Positions 10,545-20,200 of a stretch of DNA of 64,000 nucleotides are shown here, piece by piece (within the stretch, counting starts at the first letter, position 1; the number at the start of each line of letters is the position of its first letter). Below the pieces are notes generated by a model that did not search any database, was not told the DNA's origin, and worked only from the letters and a program-made list of their open reading frames with translations. A program made the translations under genes and the position numbers. Source of the stretch: Candidatus Poseidoniaceae archaeon (GTDB lineage Archaea > Thermoplasmatota > Poseidoniia > Poseidoniales > Poseidoniaceae). The DNA lies in NCBI GenBank assembly GCA_028822845.1, contig JAPKCS010000001.1, forward strand, positions 159,964-223,963, given 5' to 3'.

Positions 10545-12524
10545 ATGGAAACCGTCTTCATTACTTCCGGCCTTTTGCTTGTCATCCTTGCGCTGACAGC
10601 AAATTACCTCGTCAAAGGCATCGGTGGCATGAGTGCCCCCTTGCAACAAATCGGTCTATTCTTGCTTAACAAAGCCCCAGCCGGTCTCATTGACCTGTTC
10701 AATGACGAAGCAGGAAGTGGAAGCAAAACATGGATCCGATTCGGTATGGTTTGGTTTTTGTTTGCAGCCATTGCTTCTTTCCTCGGCCTATGGCACAGTT
10801 ATGACGGTGCTGCATTGGATTCCCTTGCCAGCATTGGCTGGTCGTACGACGACGGTTCGATGCTCACCACGTACTCGAATGTCTTCTTTATGACGGCGCT
10901 CAATTACATGCTCGTCGGTGGCGCTCTTGTTGCGGTTTCCCGAACTGCAAAAGGCCGATTGGCCAGTGAAAAGAGCGCATCCATGGTCGCTTTGCTGTTG
11001 ACAGTATCAACAGTAGCCTACCTCTTGTTACCAGCGCTTCTCTCCTTCGTGTCTTTGGATAACGAGGCTGGCATCATTGAGAATGTTACCAACCTGTCTT
11101 CCTATGTCCTTGGAGGTCTGCTCCACGCTGCGATTTTGATCAACGTTTTGATCACCGTTGCAAACCGTGATTCAGAGAACCTTACGCCAACGACCTGGTT
11201 CCTCGTTCTCGCCCTTGTGGCTAAGATTGCAGGTGGAATGATGGCCTTCTTTGGTGAACTTGCTGGTTCTTCGCAGACGGTTTGGATGGCTGAACACGTG
11301 ATCACCGGATGGGTACCACTCGCCCTCATGTTTGGACTTGCATACCACATCATCCCGTACACAACAGGCACGCCTGTTTGGTCCGAATCCCTGCTCAAGG
11401 TCAACATGGTCTTGCTCTTCCTCACCGTTCCACCGTTCTACATGGCGGCTGCTTCAAGCGCTGAGTTGCTCCAAAACCTCGGTGCAATCCTGCTCACCCT
11501 TGGCTTACTGCCAATCCTTGCAGGTTCGTTCAACCTCCTGATCACAGCAAAATCCAATGCAGAAGCAATTGTCAAGAGTCCAGGTGCATTTGCAGCAACA
11601 GGAGCCATGCTCCTCTTGCCAGTGTTCGCCGTTGGCGGGTACTTCACCGGCATGGATGTCTTCGTCGGCCTCGGTAACCTTGGCACCATGGCTGAAACTG
11701 TGGATCAAGGATTCATGTACACTGTTGGCGGTCTTATGATGCTTGCAAGCATCTTCACAGCCTACCCACTGGCTGCTCGCAAGCAACTTGCAAACCCCTC
11801 GAACGCCCAACTCGCTGTTTGGTTCACTTTGATTGGTGGAGCCACATCAACCATCGTTCGCCTGATGGGAGATTTCACCACCCAGGCCGTGGTCAACTCT
11901 GGCGTTGAAGACGCCGTTCCATCGAGTGGCGGCTTCCTTCTGGTATCCTCTGCTCTGTTCTACCTCTGCGCTCTTGCTGCCATCATGGCTGCTTTGATCA
12001 TGATTCGGACCGGAAACCGAAGCAATGCAGATGCCGAGGAATCAACCACATTGAGCGACATTAATGCCTACACACTTGTGGAAGGAACAACGACCATCCG
12101 CACCCTTCTGGGCCGTGGCGTCGGTATCGACACTCAACTCAACATCGGCCACACGGAAGAAGAATCGGGATCGACCATCATTGCCGTTGGCGCCCATTTG
12201 CACAACGACGAAGTGACAGAATTCCCAGACGATGGAAAAGAATCAGCGCAAGAACTCGTCATGCTTGCAGATTACCTCGCCAAATCTGACCTGACCCTTG
12301 CTCAATTCTTCAAATCCATTGACTTGGATGGCTCAGGGACCGTTGATGGCTATGAATTCCAAAAAGCGTTGAAGGGAGCAGAGATCGCCAACCTTCCTCC
12401 ATGGGAAATGGGTGCATTGCTTGAAGCAATGGATCTTGATGGTGATGGAAAGCTCAACCTCCCAGAACTCCAGATAGCTTTGATGAAGATCCAAGCAAGT
12501 CAAGGCAGTTCAGAAGAAGAGTGA
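10545..12524 (+). CDS. Degenerate cbb3-type (CcoN-like) heme-copper oxidase subunit I fold fused to a C-terminal EF-hand pair
   Basis: About 13 hydrophobic segments collinear with CcoN (VSRTAKGRL, ITVANR..WF, HVITG, YHIIP..PVWS, VWFTLIG). EF loops DLDGSGTVDGYE and DLDGDGKLNLPE. GGAGGTG SD. Confidence 0.7.
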   Translation: METVFITSGLLLVILALTANYLVKGIGGMSAPLQQIGLFLLNKAPAGLIDLFNDEAGSGSKTWIRFGMVWFLFAAIASFLGLWHSYDGAALDSLASIGWSYDDGSMLTTYSNVFFMTALNYMLVGGALVAVSRTAKGRLASEKSASMVALLLTVSTVAYLLLPALLSFVSLDNEAGIIENVTNLSSYVLGGLLHAAILINVLITVANRDSENLTPTTWFLVLALVAKIAGGMMAFFGELAGSSQTVWMAEHVITGWVPLALMFGLAYHIIPYTTGTPVWSESLLKVNMVLLFLTVPPFYMAAASSAELLQNLGAILLTLGLLPILAGSFNLLITAKSNAEAIVKSPGAFAATGAMLLLPVFAVGGYFTGMDVFVGLGNLGTMAETVDQGFMYTVGGLMMLASIFTAYPLAARKQLANPSNAQLAVWFTLIGGATSTIVRLMGDFTTQAVVNSGVEDAVPSSGGFLLVSSALFYLCALAAIMAALIMIRTGNRSNADAEESTTLSDINAYTLVEGTTTIRTLLGRGVGIDTQLNIGHTEEESGSTIIAVGAHLHNDEVTEFPDDGKESAQELVMLADYLAKSDLTLAQFFKSIDLDGSGTVDGYEFQKALKGAEIANLPPWEMGALLEAMDLDGDGKLNLPELQIALMKIQASQGSSEEE

Positions 12525-12550
12525 TCTCGTTAAACGTGGATGTGAACAAG

Positions 12551-13834
12551 GTGCGAATCGGCCTTGTTGGCAAACCAAATGTTGGCAAATCAACATTCTT
12601 CAGTGCTGCTACTTTAGCCAAAGTCGACATTGCGAATTACCCCTTCTGTACCATTGAACCAAACGTCGGTGTCGCCTTTGTTGCAGCTCGCCTTCCATGC
12701 CCCTGCAAGGACCTTCGAGCGAAACTGGAAGCTGAAGGAAGGCTTGACCCCGTTGCAGATGACGATGCGAGGGAAGGCAGCTTGTGCGAACCTCGTACTG
12801 GTTCATGCGTCGGCCACCGCCGACTTGTACCTTGTTTCCTCGTCGATATTGCGGGCCTGGTTCCCGGTGCGAGTGAGGGCCGTGGGCGTGGCAATGCCTT
12901 CTTGGCCGACCTTGCCAACTGCAACGCTCTGATTCAGGTGGTGGATGCAGCAGGCAGCACCGATCTTGAAGGCAACCCCCAGGGATTGAACCAGACGGTT
13001 GAAATCGCTCGCTCGAGGGTGAATGAAGAAATTGAATTCCTTGGCTTCGAACTTGATGCTTGGATTGCAGGTCTGCTGAGCGATGGGTGGGTTCGAGGCG
13101 TCCGACGCGTGCAAGCAGAAGGCGACAAAGGATTGGTTTCCTTCATCCATGAACGGCTGACAGGGCTTGGAGCAACCCTTCAATCGGTCACTCTCGCACA
13201 TGAAGCATTTCGCTCAGAGCAAACTGAACTGGGCTCCCCTTGGGATTGGAATGGATCCGTCATCGCTTCCCTTGCCGTCCATTTGCGAAAGGCGTTGTTC
13301 CCAATTCATATCGCTGCGAACAAATTTGATGTCGCTCCTGCGGGTGTGTTAGACGGCGTGGTGGCGAATGGCATCATCGTGCCCTGCATGGCCGATGTTG
13401 AACTCGGTCTGCGACGTGCAGCAGGTGCGGAACTGATCGCCTATGTTCCTGGTTCGAGTGGGTTTGCGTTTACTGACGCCTCTTCATTGAATGATGCCCA
13501 ACTCAAAGCCTTAGATCACATGCAAGAACGCCTTCACTCCAATCAAGGAACAGGCGTGGCTACCGTGCTTGACACCGTGTTGTTCGACGAACTGGACCAC
13601 ATTGTTGTGTACCCCGTCCAAGACGAAGCACGATGGACGGATGGTGATGGGAAAATTCTCCCCGATGCCTTCGTCGTTCCATCTGCAATCTTAGCAAAGG
13701 CCCTTGCATACAAGGTACACAGTGACCTCGGTGACGGATTTATTCGCGGTGTTGACGGACGAAGTCGCCGAGTTGTTGGCTCAGATTATGAACTTCAAGA
13801 CGGTGATGTGTTGAAGATACACGCTAAATCGTGA
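12551..13834 (+). CDS. ychF: Archaeal YchF-type OBG-family NTPase with TGS domain
   Basis: GKPNVGKST, ANYPFCTIEPN, Cys-rich insert, DIAGLVPGA..GRGRGNAFL, NKFD and C-terminal VHSDL..YELQDGDV. Start is 12521 or 12551. Confidence 0.88.
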   Translation: MRIGLVGKPNVGKSTFFSAATLAKVDIANYPFCTIEPNVGVAFVAARLPCPCKDLRAKLEAEGRLDPVADDDAREGSLCEPRTGSCVGHRRLVPCFLVDIAGLVPGASEGRGRGNAFLADLANCNALIQVVDAAGSTDLEGNPQGLNQTVEIARSRVNEEIEFLGFELDAWIAGLLSDGWVRGVRRVQAEGDKGLVSFIHERLTGLGATLQSVTLAHEAFRSEQTELGSPWDWNGSVIASLAVHLRKALFPIHIAANKFDVAPAGVLDGVVANGIIVPCMADVELGLRRAAGAELIAYVPGSSGFAFTDASSLNDAQLKALDHMQERLHSNQGTGVATVLDTVLFDELDHIVVYPVQDEARWTDGDGKILPDAFVVPSAILAKALAYKVHSDLGDGFIRGVDGRSRRVVGSDYELQDGDVLKIHAKS

Positions 13835-14221
13835 TCAGTGGCCTTTTGGTCGCTCATAAGCAGGCGTAAGCCGTGCCATGTCTCCCGAATATTGGCCACC
13901 ACGGTAGATGAACCAAACAGGTGTGATCAAGGTCAAGACGAGGAAGAGGAGGAGGAAGTAGAAGCCCCATGGCTGAACATCCTTGAGCACCATGATCCAA
14001 AGGGTCCACAGCAAAGGGATGTAGAGGAAGATGCTGTACCTTCGAGCCATGATTTGAAGACGAGCGCTTCCGGTACCGCTGTCAAACATGTTTGCAGCAT
14101 CCTCTTTGGACACCAAACCTTTCTCAACTCCGCAGCGAACACAGACTTGGCTCATTGGGCCATTTCCATGAATGAACTGCTCACGGGGATAGGTGCTCGA
14201 GCAATGACGGCAGGTTGGCAT
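13835..14221 (-). CDS. Hypothetical zinc-ribbon membrane protein
   Basis: N-terminal CRHC and CVRC followed by two hydrophobic helices; GAGGG SD. Confidence 0.75.
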   Translation of the reverse strand: MPTCRHCSSTYPREQFIHGNGPMSQVCVRCGVEKGLVSKEDAANMFDSGTGSARLQIMARRYSIFLYIPLLWTLWIMVLKDVQPWGFYFLLLFLVLTLITPVWFIYRGGQYSGDMARLTPAYERPKGH

Positions 14222-14258
14222 GGTCTTCCCTCAAACCGTCCCACACACTCAAGATTCT

Positions 14259-16496
14259 TCAAGCATCCGCTCTCATCTTGAGGAAATTACGCAGCACTTT
14301 GATTCCATTTGGAGAGCCAACAGACTCTGGATGGAATTGAACCCCGAAGACCATGTCTTTTTCATGACGAATCCCCATGATGTCTCCTGTTGATTCGAGG
14401 TGCGCAGTTTCAACCCAAGTGGAACCACCTTTGTTCACGAGAACCAGTGAGTTGTACAATGCAAAGGGATGTGGTGAATCAAGCCCTTCGAAAACATGAG
14501 TTTGTTCGTGCCTTGTCGCTCGAGGTGAGCCATGCACGGGGCCTGAAGGGACTTGGATCAGTTCCATACCCGCAGCGACACCGAGGGCTTGATGCCCGAG
14601 GCAGATGCCCAAGATTGGCAGGCTGAGACGTCCGCTAACCGCTTGGTTTGCAATCTCGAGGGTGAGGGGTGAGTCGCTTGGTTCACCGGGCCCTGGCCCG
14701 AGGATGACATGGGTCGGGTTTAGCCGTTGGACAAGGGATGCAAACACTTCTGCTTCTGTGGCTGTGTGTTCGATGGCCGATCGTGATTGATGAATCACAA
14801 CGGTGTGGCCGAGGCCTGCAATAGCGTGAGCGATGTTCTGAGTAAACGAATCAAGGTTATCGATCAACAGCACGCACTGTTCCAATTCCAGCTCTTCAGT
14901 ATCTGGGTAAATGCGTCCTTCTTCCACAAGTGTGGGCACAGGTTCTGGCTCAAGTGCATGAATTTCTAATCGGCCTTGGGGAAGGTCTCCAATCTTTTGT
15001 GCATCCCATCCGCAAGCTGTTCGAAGTGCGGCAGCTTTCCATTTTGCTTCTTCAACTTCATTGGTGGGGGATGAGCCAATGGTGATCCCGCCGCCTGCTG
15101 CAATTGCACCATGCCACTGCTTCTTGGTTTTGTGTGCAATCAATGTTCGAATCAAAATGTTCCAGGCAGATGCACCTGAATGGGCATCAAACCAGCCGAT
15201 GGACCCAGTCCAGAATGAACGGGGTCGCGCTTCAAGTTCATCGATGGTGGCACAGACAACAGTGCGTGGACATCCGGTGATGCTGCCACCCGGGAACACT
15301 GCTTGCAAAGCGTCGAGTGAGGTCACACCTTCGGATAAATTTCCAGTCACTTGGGACACGAGGTGTTGAACAGTGGCATAAGCCTCCACGTCAAACCGCT
15401 CGACTTTGATGGAACCAACAGCGCATACAGAGCCCAAATCATTGCGCATAAGGTCGACAAGCATTCGATGTTCAGCACGCTCCTTTTCGTCATTGAGCAT
15501 CTCAAAGCGCAGTTCCTTTTCTTGTTCAGCAGTCGCTCCACGAGGCCGAGTGCCTTTGATTGGTGACGTTTTCAATCTTTTTCCGTCCGACCGGAGCAAC
15601 AATTCTGGAGACGAACTTACCAAAGCAAGCCCAAGATCATCTGAATGAAGGTATGCGGAGAATGGCGCTGGGTTGGTATGGCACAGACGCTCAAAAATGG
15701 TTCTTGGGTGCTCATTGAGTAGTCCCTCCCACCATCTTCCAAGGTTCACTTGGTAGAGTTGGCCCGCAGCAATGCTCTTTCGGATTGTTTCAATCCCTTG
15801 TTCGTGTTCAGCATCGGACATGCTGGAGACCTCAGGGTGAGGGTTGGTGTGATGTGACGGAGGGTGCCATTCGGAGGCGGTTTCTTTCAGGGCATTGACA
15901 CGCTCTGCCCAATCATCGCCTTCCACTGCAAAGGCCTCGGTTTGACCCGTTGCTCGGGTTTCGACAACAAAGCGCTCAACCAACCACAGCACACAGAGGA
16001 TGCTGCCTTCTTTTGGCGGGTGTTGTAATGCAAGTGGTTGCGTCCATTGGACGAGGTCGTACGCGAGGCTTCCCGCCCAAAATGGTCGTTGTGGTAGTTC
16101 ATTTGCTGGAAGTTCGGTGAAGGTTTTTGAATTGGAGAATCCTTTCAGTTTCCCCAACAATCCTGCAAGAGTCTCGTCAAAAATCGATGTCGCGTGGTAC
16201 CAACAGCCATGCTTCCATTCTTCGATTCGTCCGACCAATTGGACCGATTGTTGGGCGAGGAGTGTTTCTCCTTCGCTTGGCTTGTGAGGTGGTGCAGGAT
16301 CAATCGAGGGCTGACGAACAATGAACCGTCGGGAAGAGGGTCCAGAGAACATTGAGTGTGTTGACAGGTGCGAAGCAGGACCACCTGAAAGGAGAACCAC
16401 TTCATCAGGACCGCCGTACTTAATCGCAGATGGACCAACCAGTCCAGCTCGTTCAAGATGGTGCATGAGGGCCAACGTACGCTCTTCGATGGTCAC
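14259..16496 (-). CDS. pabB: Aminodeoxychorismate synthase, component I fused to a C-terminal glutamine amidotransferase (PabB-PabA)
   Basis: YQVNL, APFSAYL, SSSPE, PIKGT (PabB-type Lys), KERAEH..VDL and FPGGSITG. GATase motifs IDNLDSFT, GPGPG, GICLGHQ and QFHPES. GTG start overlaps the upstream stop (GTGA). Confidence 0.85.
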   Translation of the reverse strand: MTIEERTLALMHHLERAGLVGPSAIKYGGPDEVVLLSGGPASHLSTHSMFSGPSSRRFIVRQPSIDPAPPHKPSEGETLLAQQSVQLVGRIEEWKHGCWYHATSIFDETLAGLLGKLKGFSNSKTFTELPANELPQRPFWAGSLAYDLVQWTQPLALQHPPKEGSILCVLWLVERFVVETRATGQTEAFAVEGDDWAERVNALKETASEWHPPSHHTNPHPEVSSMSDAEHEQGIETIRKSIAAGQLYQVNLGRWWEGLLNEHPRTIFERLCHTNPAPFSAYLHSDDLGLALVSSSPELLLRSDGKRLKTSPIKGTRPRGATAEQEKELRFEMLNDEKERAEHRMLVDLMRNDLGSVCAVGSIKVERFDVEAYATVQHLVSQVTGNLSEGVTSLDALQAVFPGGSITGCPRTVVCATIDELEARPRSFWTGSIGWFDAHSGASAWNILIRTLIAHKTKKQWHGAIAAGGGITIGSSPTNEVEEAKWKAAALRTACGWDAQKIGDLPQGRLEIHALEPEPVPTLVEEGRIYPDTEELELEQCVLLIDNLDSFTQNIAHAIAGLGHTVVIHQSRSAIEHTATEAEVFASLVQRLNPTHVILGPGPGEPSDSPLTLEIANQAVSGRLSLPILGICLGHQALGVAAGMELIQVPSGPVHGSPRATRHEQTHVFEGLDSPHPFALYNSLVLVNKGGSTWVETAHLESTGDIMGIRHEKDMVFGVQFHPESVGSPNGIKVLRNFLKMRADA

Positions 16497-17275
16497 GCCC
16501 CCACATGACTCCAAGCGTTGTCGTTTTCATAGTGTTGGGTCAGTAAGGTTTGACATTTCTCAGTGAAGCCGCGTTCTTCACCAACAGCTTCTCCATCGAT
16601 TGATTCGATTCTTGCTGCTCCAATGCCACTGCCCAAAGCGACAACTTCCAACGCCCTTGCGATGAGCCGTTCATTGAGCCTTCCTCGATGGACGGGGATC
16701 CCTTCACTTTCCAACATCGGCGCTAAGGCTTCGGCGGTGATGCTCGAAACACCACCTTCACTTCTTTCTGCGAGCCAAGCAGTTCCATCCTCATCAAAAA
16801 CAACCGGTGTGGCACGATCCGCATCCACCACTGCAAAGTCGTGGATTAAGAGTGCAAGGTCTGCTCCTTTGGAATCAGCAATTTTACTTGCCTCGCGATA
16901 AGGCTGCCAATCGCCATGTTTTGTTCCATTAACTTTAGGCGACCAACGCGGGGCTGGAAGGGTGATTGCCTCAACGCCTTCATTTCGCAAATCAAACGTT
17001 CGTGCCTCGACGGAAAGGTCACCAGTGCGCGTTAATTGAACTCGAATCAACCCGAGAGGCGTGCATGGGTGCGATGAAACTTGATGCTTCACGCTCTTTT
17101 GCCAAACCTTGGCAAAATCTTGGCCCATGTCATCAGGCCATGGAATTCGTAAGCGACGGGCATGCTGCTCCATTCGTTTCAACTGAGGGCCAAAGTCTGC
17201 GAGGTGGCTGCCTTGGTCCCAGACAATGGTGGTGAACACGCTGTCACGTGGGTTCGACTCAATTGATTCCGGCAT
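16493..17275 (-). CDS. Aminotransferase class IV family protein, probable aminodeoxychorismate lyase (PabC-like)
   Basis: VFTTI, a LKRM..ARRL segment, GTKH (candidate PLP lysine), GGVSSITA and IESIDG. Coupled to pabB. Confidence 0.7.
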   Translation of the reverse strand: MPESIESNPRDSVFTTIVWDQGSHLADFGPQLKRMEQHARRLRIPWPDDMGQDFAKVWQKSVKHQVSSHPCTPLGLIRVQLTRTGDLSVEARTFDLRNEGVEAITLPAPRWSPKVNGTKHGDWQPYREASKIADSKGADLALLIHDFAVVDADRATPVVFDEDGTAWLAERSEGGVSSITAEALAPMLESEGIPVHRGRLNERLIARALEVVALGSGIGAARIESIDGEAVGEERGFTEKCQTLLTQHYENDNAWSHVGA

Positions 17276-17284
17276 CCTTCATCC

Positions 17285-20200
17285 TCAGAGCAAGTCATCC
17301 AAGAAGGATGTGTCAATGGTCTTCGCTGGTTGAGCTGGCGCATTTCCTACACCCAGATCGTTCAACAGGTTGTTGTTCTGAACTGGCTGCATGACAGGCT
17401 GGTTTGCCTGGTATTGTGTCCTTCCATAGATGTCCTGCTGGCCTGCTGGTTGAGCGTACATGTTGGTTGCAGGTGCCGCTACGGCAGCTGGTTGTGCTGC
17501 GGTGGTTGGCGGCGCAGGTGGTGCAGGTGGTGCAGTTGAATCAGCATCACTCCATCCCTGGTCGTCTTGAATACCCCAAGTTGCTTCTTGAAGTTCCCAT
17601 GATTTGGAACGACCACGCTGATTTCCACGGGATCGAATCACGGCGACAAAGAGGATCACAGCTGTTAGGAACAAGCCTGCAGCAAGCATGTTCGGAGTGG
17701 TCAAAAGCGATGAGAACTCAGCGCCATCGTTGGCACCTTCTTCGCCAATATTTCCACTTCCAACAGCGTTGAAAGCATCCAGCATAACGGGTGAAACGGC
17801 TTGTTTCTCAAACAGGTCGTCTTCCGCGCTCACGGCCACATACCAGGCCGTGGCGTTGGTGAGGTCTCCGAAGGAATCAGATGTGATCAAGAAGGAGTTT
17901 GATTGCTTCACTCCAGCCAACCAAGTCGCTTCCAAGGTCGTCGAATATTCTTCTTCAGCGATGTAGATGTTGTAGCCTTCAATGTCTTCATTCTGTGAAA
18001 GCGTCCATGTCACCAAAATATTGGTTTCATCAACCCAAGTAAGGGCGATGCCACCCACATCCGGCAAGTAATCGCCCTTTGCATCAACGCCATCGTCAAC
18101 CGATTGTGAAGACACGGTCACGAGGTCGGAGGTGAATGCGTTATCAGAGGTGTCCCGTACCACAACAACAGCCCAAATTTCTTGGCCCGGTATGACTGGT
18201 GTGTCACCGGCAACCAAGTCAATGGTGAGCGGGAGGGTTGGAGCTCGTTCGAGTATGGCAACTGGTGTGCTTGGGCCAAGTGTTCCTGGTCCGACGCTCG
18301 TGAACGACCATGTTGCGGCGTAGACTTCGTAGGATCCAACATCGCTTGCTGTGCTCAAATTAAATTCAAGCATCAGTGCGCTGCCATCATCGTTTGGACG
18401 GTCGAACAAATCAATCGCTTCAAGACGAGCAGGAGCCTCAACGTCTTGTTCGTTATCGATTGGAGTGACTGTTGCTTGAACCAAGTCCGTGAGGTACACA
18501 TTGCCAGCGAGGTCATGAACGGTCACGACAACATAGAGTTCGATGTTGGGCCGAATTGGTTGCGGCGTCGTCTGGGTGATGTCCATCAGGTTACCTTGGC
18601 CACCATAAAGGGCAGATGAGATGGTAACCTCGATTGGATTAAACTCTTCATCGACCCATTGCTTGTTGATTTTCAGGCATCCACAAAGGTCCGAGTTTTC
18701 GCCAAATGCAGCCCATGCAGCCGAGAGGTCTGTGAGGGGTTGATCTGCGGCCCACACCGTGTAATGTGAGAAGTCGTCCGCATCAGAGATGGACCACAGA
18801 ACATCGATTGCAGTTCCGTCATCTTCTGGATGATCGAAGGCCTGAACCGTGGTGATTCGGCTTGGGGTCGTGCCGCTTCCAGCGGTGTTACGGAGCGGTG
18901 TGACGTTGATCAGATCGACATCTTCGAAGTTGACGTTCAACCAATCATCGTAAGCCACGACGCCAACATAGTACATCTGCCCGTCTTGGAGTGCAACTCC
19001 GTCAATGCTTGTGACGATCGTTGATTCTTCAGAACAGTCGTTGATGATCTTAGCCTGGGAAAATCCGAATTCTGTGAATAACATTTGCTCATTCTCGGCA
19101 TCAGCATCTTCCCATAGGCGCATGAAGACAGCGTAGAAAGTGCAGTCCTCTGCCGGGTTTACATCCCATGAAACGGTGATTCGTCCACCGTCATCGTCAG
19201 GTGTGTCAATGGCTGCAACGTTTTCCATCTTTGGTGGAGCCGTGTTGTCGTTCAAGCCACCGGTTGGAACGAATGGTCCAACGATGAGAGCGTTCGACAA
19301 GTCTTCTTGCCCAGCTTCGTCGACACACGTGAGGCCGAGCCAATACGGCTGGCCTGGTTCAAGTGCGAGCACCGTCGAATTTCCTTCCATCTTCATGACT
19401 TCAGATTCAGGTGTAAGGCCCAACACATCGGTCATTGGTTGAGTGGAAGTGTAGATGTTGGTTTGAGCTAAGTCGAGGCTTGTGCATCGTGCCCATTCGA
19501 CATCGAGATCGCCATCTTCGCCACCTTCGTGAGGTCCAGCGTTCGCCCAAATTGGCGGTAGAGGTACTTCGTCACTTGGTGAGGCGGGGCCGAGCTCCGC
19601 TGATGGGGTGCCCAAGCGACCATCGTCATATTCGACAACGACGATTGCGTAGTAGTCTGTCCCATCGACCAGTGGTACACCGTTTGCAGTGGTGATTTCG
19701 CTCGACAGGCGGCTGTGAAGGGAAATGGCCTTGTCGATTTGCCTGTTCGTTAAATCGAAGTCATCAATCATTCCACCCACAATGAATGGGCCTTCGTTGA
19801 CATAAATCAGGTAACGTGCAAAGTCGTCATCGTGAACAAGGCTCCAATCGGCGAGCAATGCGCCACCGCCATCGTCAGCGCGATCAACTAAATCAGTAAG
19901 TTCAATTGGTGTTTCGACCTTGATGTAATCGTAGATCAGACGAACATGCATTGAACCATTTGACGGTGAGCGGAGTGTCAGTTGGAGGAATTGAGTTCCG
20001 TTGACGATGACGCCGTTATCAACAGCCATTTGCATGGTGGTTTCGAAATCTGGATTGTTGTTGAGTTCAATGGTTGCGTTGTACTTCAGGCTAACAGATT
20101 TCGCCCATGTTGCTGCGTTGTTTACCGGAGAAGTGAACGCCAACGGCACCGTTTGGAACATGATTCCGTTTGTGCCTTCAACGCCGAACGTTGGATCGAG

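Noticed and set aside
10545..12524. Functional terminal oxidase or NO reductase
   Set aside because: Five of six His ligands appear substituted and no partner cytochrome subunit is nearby.
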